DNA of 64,000 nt, taken from NCBI RefSeq assembly GCF_006345805.1, contig NC_043017.1, positions 7,254,001 through 7,318,000 on the forward strand. Reading direction: 5' to 3'. This DNA comes from Octopus sinensis (Eukaryota). The translations under genes were made by a program, and so were the position numbers. This document shows positions 24,108 through 38,032 of this stretch, piece by piece; position 1 is the first letter of the stretch, and each line of letters begins with the position of its first letter. The notes beneath the pieces are model-generated. The model saw only the letters and a program-made list of their open reading frames with translations. It was not told the DNA's origin and ran no database searches.

Positions 24108-24495
24108 TGACGAGCTGGCAGAATCATTAGCACACCGGGCGAAATGCTTAGCGGTATTTCGTCTGCGTTACGTTGTGACTTCAAATTCCGCCGAGGTCGA
24201 CTTTGCTTTTCATCCTTTCAGGGTCGATAAATTAAGTACCAGTTACGCACTGGGGTCGATGTAATCGACTTAATACCTATGTCTGTCCTTGTTTGTCCCC
24301 TCTGTGTTTAGCCCCTTGTGGGTAATAAAGAAATAGGTATTTCGTCTGTCGCTATGTTCTGAGTTCAAATTCCACCGTGGTCGACTTTGTCTTTCATCCT
24401 TTCGGGGTTGATTAAACAAGTACCAGTTATGCACACTTTCTCTGTCCTTGTTTGTCCCCTATAATGTTTAACCCCTTGTGGGCAATAAAGAAATA
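24108..24495 (+). mobile_element. Nin-like SINE plus a tandem headless second copy
   Basis: Family match; the second unit restarts at gtatttcgtctg after the aaagaaatag tail. Confidence 0.85.
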
Positions 24496-25215
24496 AATAT
24501 TTGTTTAGCCTTCTTTTTATCTTTTATTGAAGTGAGATTTGTCTTAGTATTGGGGGGTTCCAGATAGGTTTTGTACATTTTCTGTGCTAGTCTCAGCAGC
24601 AAATGAAACACACGTGTTTGTTAATTGGTGTAATTATGACTTGTGATTTTATTCTTTACATTGATTTTAATTAGATGGTTATTTAATTAATCCTAGTGTA
24701 AATAACCTGTATTGTTTCATTTAATTCCATTTTCGTGCTCTTTAATAAATAGGTTTTTTGATAAACAAGTATTTATTCCTTTTATACTGTATGTTTAAGC
24801 ATTATCTGTTATCTTTTGTTTGTTTCAGTCATTGGAGTGTGGCCACACTGGGGCAACACATTGAAGGGTTTTAGTTGAATAAATCGAGCCCCAGTCCTTT
24901 ATTTTTTGTTTTTCCTTTTTGAGCTTAGCACTTATTTGCTGAACCACTAAGTTACAGGGACACAAAGAAACCAACACCGAATGTCAGACAGTGGTGGGGA
25001 ACAAACACAATGACACATACACGCACATAATGGGCTTCTTTCAGTTTCCGTCTACCAAGTCCACCCACAAAACTTAGGTTGGCCCAGGGCTGTAGCAAGG
25101 TGCCACACAGTAGTCCTGAACTGAGAACCCTGTAGAGTTGGGTAGCAAAGCTCTTACCACACACACATGCCCCTATGTCTAAGGTTTTGTTTTTTCCCCT
25201 TTTAATTTCAATTAC

Positions 25216-25583
25216 TAGCCAGAGCACTCAGAGAGCGCAAACATCTGGCAAGGCAATACCAACATCCTCTCAATGATTAGCCAGAGATGATTTTAAAAAT
25301 GAGAATATCTGAAATAAACTCAGCTGCTCTCACAAACGAGAATATTAAAAATGAACCTGTCTGCTCTCAAAAATTAAGTAAAAAACAGGAAAAATAATCC
25401 AGAATCCTTGTTCGGTAGCAGATCGATTCCAGAATCTAAGCAGTTTGTGCCAGTCACGAGGCCAAACATCCCTGAAAGTTTCATCCGAATCCATTCAGCG
25501 GTTCTTGAGATATCTTGTCCATGGACAAACTAACAAACATGACTGAAAACAATACCTCTGCCTTCACTTAAGGCAGAGGTAAT
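25216..25583 (+). mobile_element. Non-autonomous Helentron-type element (HINE/DINE-1-like)
   Basis: 3' hairpin tacctctgcctt-cactt-aaggcagaggta, a related subterminal motif near the 5' end (aacatctggcaaggc), and a core aaagtttcatccgaatccattcagcggttcttgagatatc of the kind found in such elements. Confidence 0.6.
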
Positions 25584-26397
25584 AGTAGGGCTTTGGTAGT
25601 ATCCCTTTGGGCTCCATGCAGAATGTATAACTTTACCCCACCTTTTTTTTTTGTGATTGTTGGTTTGGAAGGTGCATGGTTTAATGGTTAGGGATTTTGG
25701 TTCATGACCTTAAGGTCACGAATTCAGTTCCCAGTGGTGTGTTGTCTCCTTGAGCAAGACACTTCATTTCACGTTGCTCCACTCCACTCAGCTGGCAAAA
25801 TTGAGTAGTACCTGTAATTCAAAAGGGCCAGCTTTGTTTTTCAATTCTGTGTCACATTGAATCTCCCTGAGGACTACGTTATGGGTATGCATGTCTGTGG
25901 AGTATTCAGCCACTTGCACGTTAATTTCATGAGCAGGCTGTTCTGCCGATCGAACCAACTGGAACACACTTTATTGTAACTGACGGAGAGCCAGGCCAGG
26001 CTTTTAGTTTGGAACAATTCTTGTGTAATGTTTTGCTTTGGATGCTGTTCTATCACTCCATACAAATCTCTGATGCTTCTTATGTCTTGTAATTCTTGGG
26101 TAGCATTTATTTATTTATTTATTTTTTTGGCACGGTAGGCACCGTTGGATCGAATGCTTCCGCAAGGTGTCAAAAACACGATGAGTTCCAATAGAACAAC
26201 TGATGACAGGATGGCTGTTCTTTTACTCTTTTCTTTTATTTGTTCCAGTCACTTGACTGTGGCCATGCTGGAGCCCACTACTTATTCTGTTGGTCTCTTT
26301 TGCTGAACCGCTAAGTTACAGGGATGTAAACACACCAACACTGGCGTCAAGTGGTCATGGGAGGGACAATCACAAAGTCACGCATAGTTATACACAC

Positions 26398-26457
<60 letters not shown>

Positions 26458-26624
26458 GTTTTGCAAACAAATTGCACATGTAAGTGCTACCAGTCAAGTG
26501 CTCCACATACCAGAAACCAGCAAGTGTATGGGGTCATCAGGTGACAATGTGCACCGTTTCAAGGCCTACCTCTTGATGACACACACACACACACACACAC
26601 ACACATTGGACTTCTCCCAGTTTC

Positions 26625-26842
26625 TTATTTCTTTATTGCCCACAAGGGGCTAAACATAGAGGGGACAAAGGGATTAAGTCGATTACATCGACCCCAGTGC
26701 GTAACTGGTACTTAATTTATCGACTCCAAAAGAATGAAAGGCAAAGTCGACCTTGGCGGAATTTGAACTCAGAACGTAACGTCAGATGAAATACCGCAAA
26801 GCATTTCACCAGGTGTGCTAACGTTTCTGCCAGCTCACTGCC
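26625..26842 (-). mobile_element. Nin-like SINE copy
   Basis: Reverse complement of the family consensus. Confidence 0.85.
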
Positions 26843-27430
26843 TTGGACTTCTTTCAGTTTCTGTCTACCAGCTCCACTCCCAAGGCTTTTGGCCGGCCCA
26901 GAGCTATAACAGAAGACACCTACCCAAGGTGCCGTGCAGTGGGACTGAACCTGGAACCATGTAGATGGGAAGTAAACTTCTTAGTGCACAGCCATACTGA
27001 AATATAACTCATTGTTATCGTAAATCAGAGCTGAAATGTCTTAGATCAAAAGGTCTGTTAGCAAGATCAGTGTGCTGACTTAGGTTTAGACATACAGCAA
27101 TAGCAATGAGAGCAGCAACTGGAGTGATTTAGTGTTAGGTTTTATGGCAATTGTCGAGGTGTAAAGTGGTTTTAAATATTCATAAGTATCGCCAGCTGTA
27201 AACTGGAAAAGTGGCGAGGTTGTGCCATATGTTCTTAGCGAGACGTCACTTAATCATGACTGTGAATAATTTAATAATGATATGCAGATTTACTACTACC
27301 GTCACTAATTCTGACAAAAGCAGTAGAAGCAGTGACACTTCCACCACCACCACTACTGCACTACAGCCATCAGTGTAACTAGCACTACCACCACGGACGG
27401 TGGTCACCACCATTACTAATTCTATTACTA

Positions 27431-27652
27431 TACGAGGGGTGCTGAAAGGTTCCTGGTTTTGGGTAAAAGAAAATACAGGAGGATCAGTTAATTATGATTT
27501 TCAACATATTCCCCTCTCAGATTCACATACTTATTACCGCAGTCCTTCAGTTTTTCTAAGCCCTGTAAAAGAACTTGGGAGGTTGGGGCCTCCAACCAGG
27601 CCTTTCACGATACCCATAAAACCAGGAACTTTTCAGCGCCCCCCGCCCCATA
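27431..27652. mobile_element. Mariner-derived MITE
   Basis: TA|CGAGGGGTGCTGAAAGGTTCCTGG ... CCAGGAACTTTTCAGCGCCCC..TA. The internal ctctcagattcacatac..aagaacttgggaggttg matches positions 1-95. Confidence 0.85.
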
Positions 27653-27829
27653 TACTATCACTGCCATCGCAACCACCACTACTGGTACTACCGCCACCAC
27701 TACTGCTGGCACTATTACCATCATTGCTATTGCCACTGCTGTCATCATCATCATCACCACCACCAACACCATTACTGCTGTGATTATTCTCCATCACTAT
27801 TACCACAAATGATGATATTTCATTCACCT

Positions 27830-27897
<68 letters not shown>

Positions 27898-28180
27898 CGT
27901 GCGTGTGTGTGCCATCATCACTACTACTACTGCTATCTGCCCCCCCCCACTCTCATCTAGCATATGTTCCAGAACTCGAGTTGTTTATGCAACCTTTGAT
28001 GAGTTTTACAGTATCCGCACGCTACACACGCACTCACTTGCTCACACACACACACACACAAGCACATACACATACACACACACATGCATAAGATGAATAG
28101 GTTCTACAGTTTCTGCTTGTTACACACATACACACAGGTATGTGTGTGTATGTGTATATATGTATATTTATATATATATA

Positions 28181-28235
<55 letters not shown>

Positions 28236-28502
28236 CGTGCGTGTGTGTGCCATCATCACTACTACTACTGCTATCTGCCCCCCCCCACTCTCATCTAGCA
28301 TATGTTCCAGAACTCGAGTTGTTTATGCAACCTTTGATGAGTTTTACAGTATCCGCACGCTACACACGCACTCACTTGCTCACACACACACACACAAGCA
28401 CATACACATACACACACACACACATGCATAAGATGAATAGGTTCTACAGTTTCTGCTTGTTACACACACACACAGGTATGTGTGTGTATGTGTATATATG
28501 TA

Positions 28503-28546
<44 letters not shown>

Positions 28547-28732
28547 TACATACATACTAACACACACATATACAAAATGAATTAGTTTCATTGCATTTGT
28601 TTATTACACACACACACACACACACACACAAGCACATACACATACACACACACATGCATAAGATGAATAGGTTCTACAGTTTCTGCTTGTTACACACACA
28701 CACAGGTATGTGTGTGTATGTGTATATATGTA

Positions 28733-28776
<44 letters not shown>

Positions 28777-28831
28777 TACATACATACTAACACACACATA
28801 TACAAAATGAATTAGTTTCATTGCATTTGTT

Positions 28832-28870
<39 letters not shown>
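27830..28870. repeat. Nested tandem duplications of about 300-bp unique-plus-microsatellite blocks
   Basis: gccatcatca..ctcatctagcatatgttccagaactcgag.. occurs twice, catgcataagatgaataggttctacag three times, and caaaatgaattagtttcattgc twice. Confidence 0.9.
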
Positions 28871-28872
<2 letters not shown>

Positions 28873-30135
28873 GACACAGTTTTAAACTATCTGTATGCTA
28901 TACACACACACATCTATGCACATACGCACGTGTAAGGTGAGTCATAGTTTTACACAATCCGTATACTATACACACACACACACACGGAATTGATCGGTTT
29001 TACATTATATACATGCTTCAACACATACGCATAAACACATGCATTTACACTCGCTCACGCACAGATGCTCACACACGCACATGCTCACACACACATACTC
29101 ACATGCACCTACCCGCATTCACATATCCATATGCCCCCCCCCCCCAACACTCACGCACAGATACTTACATACACACACACACCCACCCAGATTCATGAGG
29201 TGACACATATAGAGAAAACTAAAGATAGTCGGGGAGTCTCTCTACATCGTTACTGAACCTGTGAAGAATATTCTTTTATTCATTTCATTCCACTCATTCA
29301 CTGCAGCCATTCTGGGGTACAGCCTCTCGACTACCCTCACACCCAGGATTTGCTTCTATTAGGCGCAGGCATGGCTGTGTGGTTAGGGAGCTTGCTTCCT
29401 AGCTACATGGTTTCGGGTTCAGTCCCATTGCGTGGCACTTTGGGTACGTGTCTTCCACTATAGCCCTGAGCCAACCGAAGCTTTGTGATTGAATTCGGTA
29501 GGCGGGAGTTACTGCCATGTGTGTATAGCTGCTCAGTGCCTCTCCGAAAGAGAGAGAGAGAGAGAGAGAGAGTCTGGTTCTTATTTTAATCACTCTTCGT
29601 TTGTTGAACCGCTAAGTGACAGGACCCGATATACACAGTGGATATCAACACAGACACACATAGGCAATAATAGCAGACAAGTCTCCCTCTTATGAAGCCC
29701 TGCTGTCTTAAAGGTTGTATGATGTAATCCTAGATACACTGTGTGTGAGTAATATTCAGTGTGGTCATGGCTGGAATGCCTCTGAGTATTGGTCGGCTCA
29801 GTCAGGCCTAACCAATTTAGAAATTTAGGACAATGATGATGATGATGATAAAATACTAGTCAAGTACTGGGGCTGATTGATTATATCGACCCCAGTGCAT
29901 AACTGGTACTTATTTAATCGACCCCGAAAGGATGAAAGGCAAAGTCGACCTCGGCGGAACTTGAACTCAGAATGTTGCAGCAGACGAAATACTGCACAGC
30001 ATTTCACTCGGCGTCCTAACGTTTCTGCCAGCTCGCCGTTACCACCGTAACCACCACTATCAACACTACCACTACTGTAGCCACCACTACCACTACTGTA
30101 ACCACCACCATCAACGCCACCACCACCACCACTAC

Positions 30136-30410
30136 TTATTTCCCATTAACAGAAAGTATTACATTGTTTTCTTCACTTCTCATTACCAAAGTGCAACACT
30201 CTTGGAATCTTGTGTAATTTTTTTCTCTAAATCTTAAAATTCTCTTCCAATTCCTCGTTCTCTTTTTAAACATTGATTTCAGTTTTATTGATTCCTCTAA
30301 GATCACTTTATCCTTTGATTTACTCAAAATCCTCGGAGATGAATTTGATCAATGCAATTTGCTTTTGGTTGGTCTATCACCCGTTGTTTTTCCAATGAAG
30401 AGTATAAGCA
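30136..30410 (-). mobile_element. Possible Penelope-like (GIY-YIG) element C-terminal fragment
   Basis: FIGKT...ILSKSKDKVILEESIK loosely resembles the YIG.T...IL..E....LE..I pattern. Weak. Confidence 0.3.
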
Positions 30411-30451
30411 ACCTATTTCTTCTCTCTCTGTCTCTCTCTCTCTAATATATT

Positions 30452-30486
<35 letters not shown>

Positions 30487-30494
30487 CATCATCA

Positions 30495-30810
30495 TCATTG
30501 TTTAACGTCCGTTTTCCACGCTAGCATGGGTTGGACAGTTCGACCAGGGTCTGGGAAGCCAGAAGGCTGCACCAAGCTCCAGTCTGATCTGGCAGAATTT
30601 CTACAGCTGGATACCCTTCCTAACGCCAACCACTCCGTGAGTGTAGTGGGTGCTTTTTACATGCCACCGGCACAGGTGCCAGGGGAGTCTGGCAACAGTC
30701 ACGATCGGATGGTGCTTTTTACGTGCCACCGGCACAGAAGCCAGTCAAGGTGGCGCTGGCATCAGCCACGTTCGGATGGTGCTTTTTATGTGCCACCGGC
30801 ACAGGTATCA
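30495..30810 (-). mobile_element. RTE-associated 3'-end repeat (ATG/GAT tail) with an internal minisatellite of about 60 bp
   Basis: catcatcattgtttaacgtccgttttccacgctagcatggg.. is the same sequence that is joined to RTE coding sequence at 62445-63165. Other copies lie at about 33160, 35700, 44265, 52730 and 55255. Confidence 0.75.
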
Positions 30811-33584
30811 CAACTACTATATATATATATAGTTGCCATACAGTGAGACTGAACCTGGAACCATGCGGTTGGGAAGCAAGCTTCTTACCACACAGCCATG
30901 CCTCTGTGTGTGTGTGTGTGTTGTCATCGTCATCATCGCCGTCCTTTTAATGTGTACTTTTCCATACCTGCATCAATTAGAACTTATTGAGGCAAGTTTT
31001 TCAAAAGCTGAATGCCCTTCTTGTGACTAACCTTCACCTGTTTCCAAGCAAGGTGATATTTCCCATACCTGGCCAGGAATGTTTTATTGGAAAACTGGAA
31101 ATGAAAGACATGACTTGTATGACAGTGCCAGGCAAAATGTTTAGTGGCATTTTACCACTCAGCATTTTGTCTTTCATCCTTTCAGAGGTGATAAAATCAA
31201 TACCCATTGAACACTTGACCACTGGCCCAGACTTGCTGGCATTGTGCCAAGAGTTGAAATCATCATTATTATTGTTATTGTTGTTGTTATCATCTCAGGC
31301 AGCAAGCTAGCAGAATCGTACTTATGCCCTGAGTTCAAATTCTGTCGAGGTTGACTTTACCTTTCATCCTTTCGTGGTCAGTGAAATAAGTACAAGTTGC
31401 ACACTGGGGTGATGTGTAATCAACTAACCCTCTCCCCCAAATTTCAGGCCTTGTGCCTTTAGTAGAAACAATTATTATTATTGTTATTGGGTGAGAGAGC
31501 AGTGCATGCCTTCAAAGTGACACTAGGGTAAAATATACAAAGCCCAGTATACCCATCATGACTACCTGTCTGATAAGGGTGCACCAGGCACATGCATCAC
31601 AACCATATGTGTGCGAATTAGTGATCTCATATCAAGATAAACACCACATGACTTGCAGATGGGGCCCAGTTAGAATTTTCTTCAGGTTGAGTAACCCATC
31701 CTGCTCAAAAGGTCCCTGAATAAGGGTTGTTTAAGGATGTTGAACAAAGCACCCATGTTTCCAGAGGTGAATTATCCAAACCCCAAAGAATACCTCTCAA
31801 TACATGGCTATGATGCTTCCCCTCTACTTCTGCTCGTGATCAGAGATGCACATATCGTCAGCCACTAAGGGACATGGTCAACTGGTTAAGGTCAAACAAC
31901 TGACAAGCAAATCTGTGGTATTGAGCAGAATATTTGCTGTAGCCCATCTTTTATGCCAAGACAAAACAATGTACATAACACTTCCAGTCACTTAAGATCA
32001 GAAGCCATGAGAGCCACTGCCTGGTACTGCATCACGGCATTTATTATTGATTATCATTATTATTTATATTATTATTATTATTATTATTATTATCGCTAGG
32101 CAGAACACTTAGCAGTATTTCATCCATCTTTATGTTCTGAGTTCAAATTCCACAGAGGTCGACTTTGCCTTTCAGGCTCGATGAAATAAGTACCAGTCAC
32201 ACACTGGGGGTCAATGTAATCGCCTATCCTCTCCCCCAAATTTTCAGGCCTTGTGCCTATAACAGAAAGGATTATTATTTTTGTTATCATCATCATCATT
32301 ATTATTATTATTATTAGTTTGTTGCAATTTGTCCTGGTATTGCTAATAAAAGCACCATTAATGTACCTAACTTGCTCAAATCTTGTCACAGTTTTCCTCT
32401 TAGAAATATTAAAACTACTTACTTTGTCAAAAAGAAATCACTAATTGTTTTTTCTTTTATGTACTAATTATTTTTCCCTTCTCGGTGGATTCAAGATGCT
32501 GTGGTTGGGGAAATTAACTCATCAAACATTAACCTTCTTTTTAATCAAGAGCTATTTCTGCCACACCTGATCCCCCCCTCCACTCCATCATCATCATCAC
32601 CACCAATACCTGTGATAACAAAAAAAAAAACCTAGAAAATTTCTGAAATCACACCTTGCCGTCTCATAAAAATGGAAAGCATATATTAGATAATGTAGTG
32701 TTAGTTATCGCAAACAAAGACTGGGTGGCCATGGCTGGTATGCTTTTGATCATAGGTCTTAATGAAGCTTGACCTTGTTCTAATCATCTCCTCCACTACT
32801 ACCACCACCACCATCACCATTACTATTACTACCACTGCTGCTGTTGCTGCTACTACTACTACCACCACCACCCCTTTATATTTATCTGCTCAAGATGACT
32901 TATCACAAACTGGAATTTTGTTTTTCAAATTTAAAGTCCAAAGTTATAATTAGTGTCTTCTAAATTTTCAGTATTTAAGAGAAATATGTCAGAAGTTATT
33001 TTTCTTTACTCCTCTTTCTTTCTTTCTTTCTTTCTCTCTCTCTCCCTCCCTCCCTCCCACTCTCCTCCTAATGTTTAAAGGCAGCTGTAGTAGAAGTCAT
33101 CCCAGATTGGTATGGAACTGTTATAATAAAGGGAGTATTATTCAAGAGTTGTAATGTGCCGCTAGACTGGCTCCTGTGCCAGTGGCACATAAAAAGCACC
33201 ATTCGAGCATGGTCAATGCCAATACTGCCTAACTGGCTCCCATGCTGGTGTCATGTAAAAATCACCATTCAAGCATGGTCGATGCCAGTACCACCTGACT
33301 AGCTCCCATATTGGTGGCACGTAAAAAAAACACCATTCGAGTGTGGTTGATACCAGTGCTGCCTAATGGGTCCCTATGTCTGTGGCATGTAAAAAGCACC
33401 CATTAAACTCTCAGAGTGGTTGGCATTAGGAAAGGTGCCCAGCTGTGGAAACCTTGCCTGATCAGATTGGAGCCTGGTGCAGCTTCCTGGCTTGCCAGTC
33501 CTCAGTCAAACCGTTCAACCCATGCCAGCATGGAAAGCAGACATTAAATGATGATGATAATGATGTAACGTACATACATGCCTG

Positions 33585-34036
33585 GATTAACCTTTAGCAT
33601 TCCTTCCTTCCTTCTTGAGCCATGCCAGGCTCATAAGGGCCGGTTTCCTGGTTTCAATGGCGTAGAAATTCCCCACCTGGACAGGACGCCAGTCCGTCGC
33701 AGGATTTCTCATTTTTGCCAGCTGAGTGGACTGGAGCAACGTGAAATGAAGTGTTTTGCTCCAGACCACAACGCATCACCCAGCCCAGGAATCGAAACCA
33801 CAACCTTACGATCATGAGAGTTCAACACCCTAACCACTAAGCCACGCATCTCCACAACCTTTAACATTCAAATTACTCTGTCTTATTTATTCACATTGTA
33901 TTAAATTAACCATACGTTATCTTGTAGCTTCGAAATTTCAATGATGTGATTGCTTATTTTTAGAATGACATTGTAGGGTAGGTGTGAGAAGCTAGATTTT
34001 GACTGGATATGGCCAGTGTAAATGCTAAAGAGTTAA
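33585..34036. mobile_element. piggyBac-like MITE with a nested minus-strand SINE (about 33602-33855)
   Basis: Starts ttaacctttagcatt and ends gctaaagagttaa; aacctttagcattc/aacctttaacattc flanks the inserted SINE. Confidence 0.6.
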
Positions 34037-34717
34037 TAAAAGCCATCTGTTCCTTTGGTACTTTTTATTAGTTTGGAGGGCACAACTACTTTCAAAATTA
34101 CCAAGTTAACACCATCTCCTGGTCGTTTGGTGTGTTTGGCTTCAGTGTTCGGCCTGACATACTACATGTAGTCTTGTTTATCACTGATTCGTTCATCACT
34201 GATCTGAGTTAACATGATATGTTCAATAGTGAACCGTATTTCACTTATCACTGATTGATCTCTGATAACACAGATTCTGCCTGTATTGCAACAACACATC
34301 CTATTGACTATCCACAGTGTTCGGCTGCTCTCAATGCCCTGACTGTTGCTTGCGTTTACGTGACTGTGCTGCAAGGTTGTGCATTTTTTAACCGGATATG
34401 TGGCAGTGTGGTAAGGAGCTCGCTTCACAATCACGTGGTTCCAGGTTCAGTTACACTGAGTGGCACCTTGAAAAAAAAAAAATGGGAAATAAATAACTAT
34501 ATGAATAATTGTAGTATGGATGTCCATTTTTATAATTGTTATGTGTGTCATTCATTTCAAAAAGTATGGCCTTCCATCAATTCACCACCTATGGATGTGC
34601 AGCATTGCCCATTGTTTCAAAAACATATAACCATTTACCATTTCAGAGGTGTTGAAATGATGGAAGGACAGAGCTTTTGGCTCTGGGCTTAAAAATTCGC
34701 TTCTTTACCATATATAT

Positions 34718-34945
34718 TTCTTTACTACCCACAAGGGGCTAAACACAGAGGGGACAAACAAGGACAGACAAAGGGATTAAGTTGATTACATCGACCCCAG
34801 TGCGTAACTGGTACTTAATTTATCGACCCCAAAAGGATGAAAGGCAAAGTCGACCTTGACGGAATTTGAACTCGGGACGCAATGACAGACGAAACACGGC
34901 TACGAATTTCGCCCGGCATGCTAACGATTCTACCAGCTCGCTGCC
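34718..34945 (-). mobile_element. Nin-like SINE copy
   Basis: Reverse complement of the family consensus. Confidence 0.85.
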
Positions 34946-35435
34946 TTACCATATAGTTCCAGGTTCAGTCCTACTGTGTGATGCCTTAGGCAAGTCTCTT
35001 CTACTATAGCCTGGAGTCAATCAAAGCCTTGTGGATGGATTTGATAGGCAGAAACTGAATGAAGCCCATCATGTGTTTGTGTGTGTGTGTGGGTGGTGGG
35101 TGTTGAGGTTATCATCTTCTTGCCTTGACGTCACATGACAGCTGTAAACGAGTGTCATTGTCATGCAAGCGGTGTTCTTTATTTTCAGTTTTACAAGACA
35201 CGTCTATTCATGGGGAAATATTCACCTTACTTGGACACGGATGAGGGTGGCAACAAGAAAGAAAGGTATCCAGTTGTAGAAAATATGTCTCAACAAATTG
35301 CATCCAACCCATGCCAGCATGAAAAAGTGGACAATAAACAATGATGGTGATGATAATGATGATAACATCTATAACTGTTGCAATGATGGACATCTATACT
35401 ACAATAATTCAATATAGTTTATTTATTGTTTCCTA

Positions 35436-35470
<35 letters not shown>

Positions 35471-35983
35471 GTTATGTGCAGCACTGAGTCACACGCAGAC
35501 GGCTAGTCTATAAGTGTTACTGGAATTCTGCCGACTGAGTCTGGAAGTCTGTTCTAACGTAAATAGGTGTGGGCTATAGATTTCTCTTTCTTCTTAGGGA
35601 AGTATTAAATGGTAAAACACGAGTAAATACAAACAAAACAAAAGTCGGAAATATATATTTTTAGATAAAAATTGGACCTAAGAGACTGGCTATCCAATAC
35701 TTGTGGAACCTCTGCCAAATATTCATCACCCTCATTTAACGTCCACTTTCCCATGCTTGCATGGGTCGGACGGAATCTGTTGAAGCAGATTGTCTGTGGC
35801 TCAGTGTCCCCCTTCTCCTCACCAGCCCTCACTTGTTTCTAAGCAAGGTAATATTTCCACATTGCTAGACATGTTTTTTTTTCTTTTCATGGAAGACTGA
35901 CAACGAGCAGCATTGCTTTCATAATGGTGATACCTCTTTTACAACCATCATGCGATACCTAAACAATGGAACAACGCAAACAC

Positions 35984-36019
<36 letters not shown>

Positions 36020-36029
36020 GACCATCCTC

Positions 36030-36675
36030 AAATACAACATATATATATATATATCATTATATATATATCATATATATATATCATATATATATATATATAT
36101 CATATATATATATATAATATATATCATATATATATATATATCATAATATATATATATATAATCATATATATATATATATATATCATATATATATATATAT
36201 ATATATCATATATATATCATATATCATATATATATATATATATATCATATATATATATATATATATCATATATAATATATATATATAATCATATATATAT
36301 ATCATATATATATATATATATATATCATATATATAATATATATATATATAATCATATATATATATATCATATAATATATATATATATTATATATCATATA
36401 TATATATATCATATATATATATATCATATATATAATATATCATATATATAATATCATATATATATATCATATATATATATATCATATATATATATATATC
36501 ATATAATATATATATCATATATATCATATATATATATCATATATATATATATCAATATATATATATCATATATAATATCATATATATCATATATATCATA
36601 TATATCATATATATCATATATATATCATATATATCATATATATATATATTATATCATATATATATATCATATATC
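36030..36675. repeat. Compound (AT)n/ATATC minisatellite, about 650 bp
   Basis: Direct reading; source of the 161-aa IY-rich ORF. Confidence 0.95.
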
Positions 36676-36676
36676 A

Positions 36677-36904
36677 AAGGCGGCGAGCTGGCAGAACCAT
36701 TAGCATGCTGGGTGAAATGCGTAGCTGTATTTCATCTGCCATTACATTCTGAGTTCAAATTCCGCCAAGGTCGACTTTGCCTTTCATCCTTTCGAGGTCG
36801 ATAAATTAAGTACCAGTTACGCACTGGGGTCAATGTAATCGACTTATTTCATTTGTCTGTCCTTGTTTGTCCCCTCTATGTTTAGCCCCTTGTGGGTAAT
36901 AAAG

Positions 36905-36908
<4 letters not shown>
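36677..36908 (+). mobile_element. Nin-like SINE copy
   Basis: Full family match. Confidence 0.85.
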
Positions 36909-36949
<41 letters not shown>

Positions 36950-37575
36950 GTGTGTGTGTGAGAGATAGAAGGGCTTCCACACAGTTACTGGCTACTAAAT
37001 CTTCTGGAGGTATAATAGAAGACATTGGTCCAAAGTCCCACACTGTGGGGGAACTGAAACCGAAACCACATGCCTGTGTTGCAAAGCAAGCTTCTTAATT
37101 ACTCTGCCAAGCTTTACACATGTGGCATTTTGCATGTGGAGAACATGAAACAAACAGCAATTTAACAGACAATGTGTCCAGAGAACAAACAAACACAGCA
37201 ATGGAATAAAGATAATGACTTTGTTTTTGTTTATATTCAGAAATTATGCCCATTCGGTGGTACATGTATGACATATGGGGGGCATTATGTAAAGGGTAGA
37301 GGTTGGTGACCCTTGAGATCAGAGCAATTAAAGTCTTTTGGTAACCAGATAAATAAACTGATAGAGCTATTAGCCGCTCATTTGAATAAAACACCACTCC
37401 TTGCCCTTATACACATCACACATACCCGGTCACACACCTACCCACTGTTGCTCTATCTGTCTCTCTCTCTTTCACACACACACACACACATTCTCTATTA
37501 CTCAAATGTGGAGATGTAAAAAAAAAGATGCTATCTTTGTATGATCTGTGTTCAGCATGTTGAACAAATTATCAT

Positions 37576-37608
<33 letters not shown>

Positions 37609-37977
37609 GCGTTTACATTAGACAACTTTTTTCCATATGTTTGACATGCACATGAAGCAAGTCTTGTGTGTATGTGTATATATGTGTGTATGTATATATA
37701 TATATATATATATATATCTATATATCCTGCAGGGTGTTAAAGAATTGTGAAGCATTAGTGCGCATGTGTGTGTAGATGTGAGTGTATATATAGATGTGTG
37801 TATGTATGTGCGTGTGCATGTATATATAATATATATATATATATATATTCAGCACAATGCTACAACCATTCTTTGAGTTTCTTTTTTTTTTTTATTTATT
37901 TTTCTTTTGTTTTTTCCCACCAAATTGAGTCTTGCTAATAATGATTTTGTTTGTGTGCGCTTGTGTGTATGTATGTA

Positions 37978-38032
<55 letters not shown>

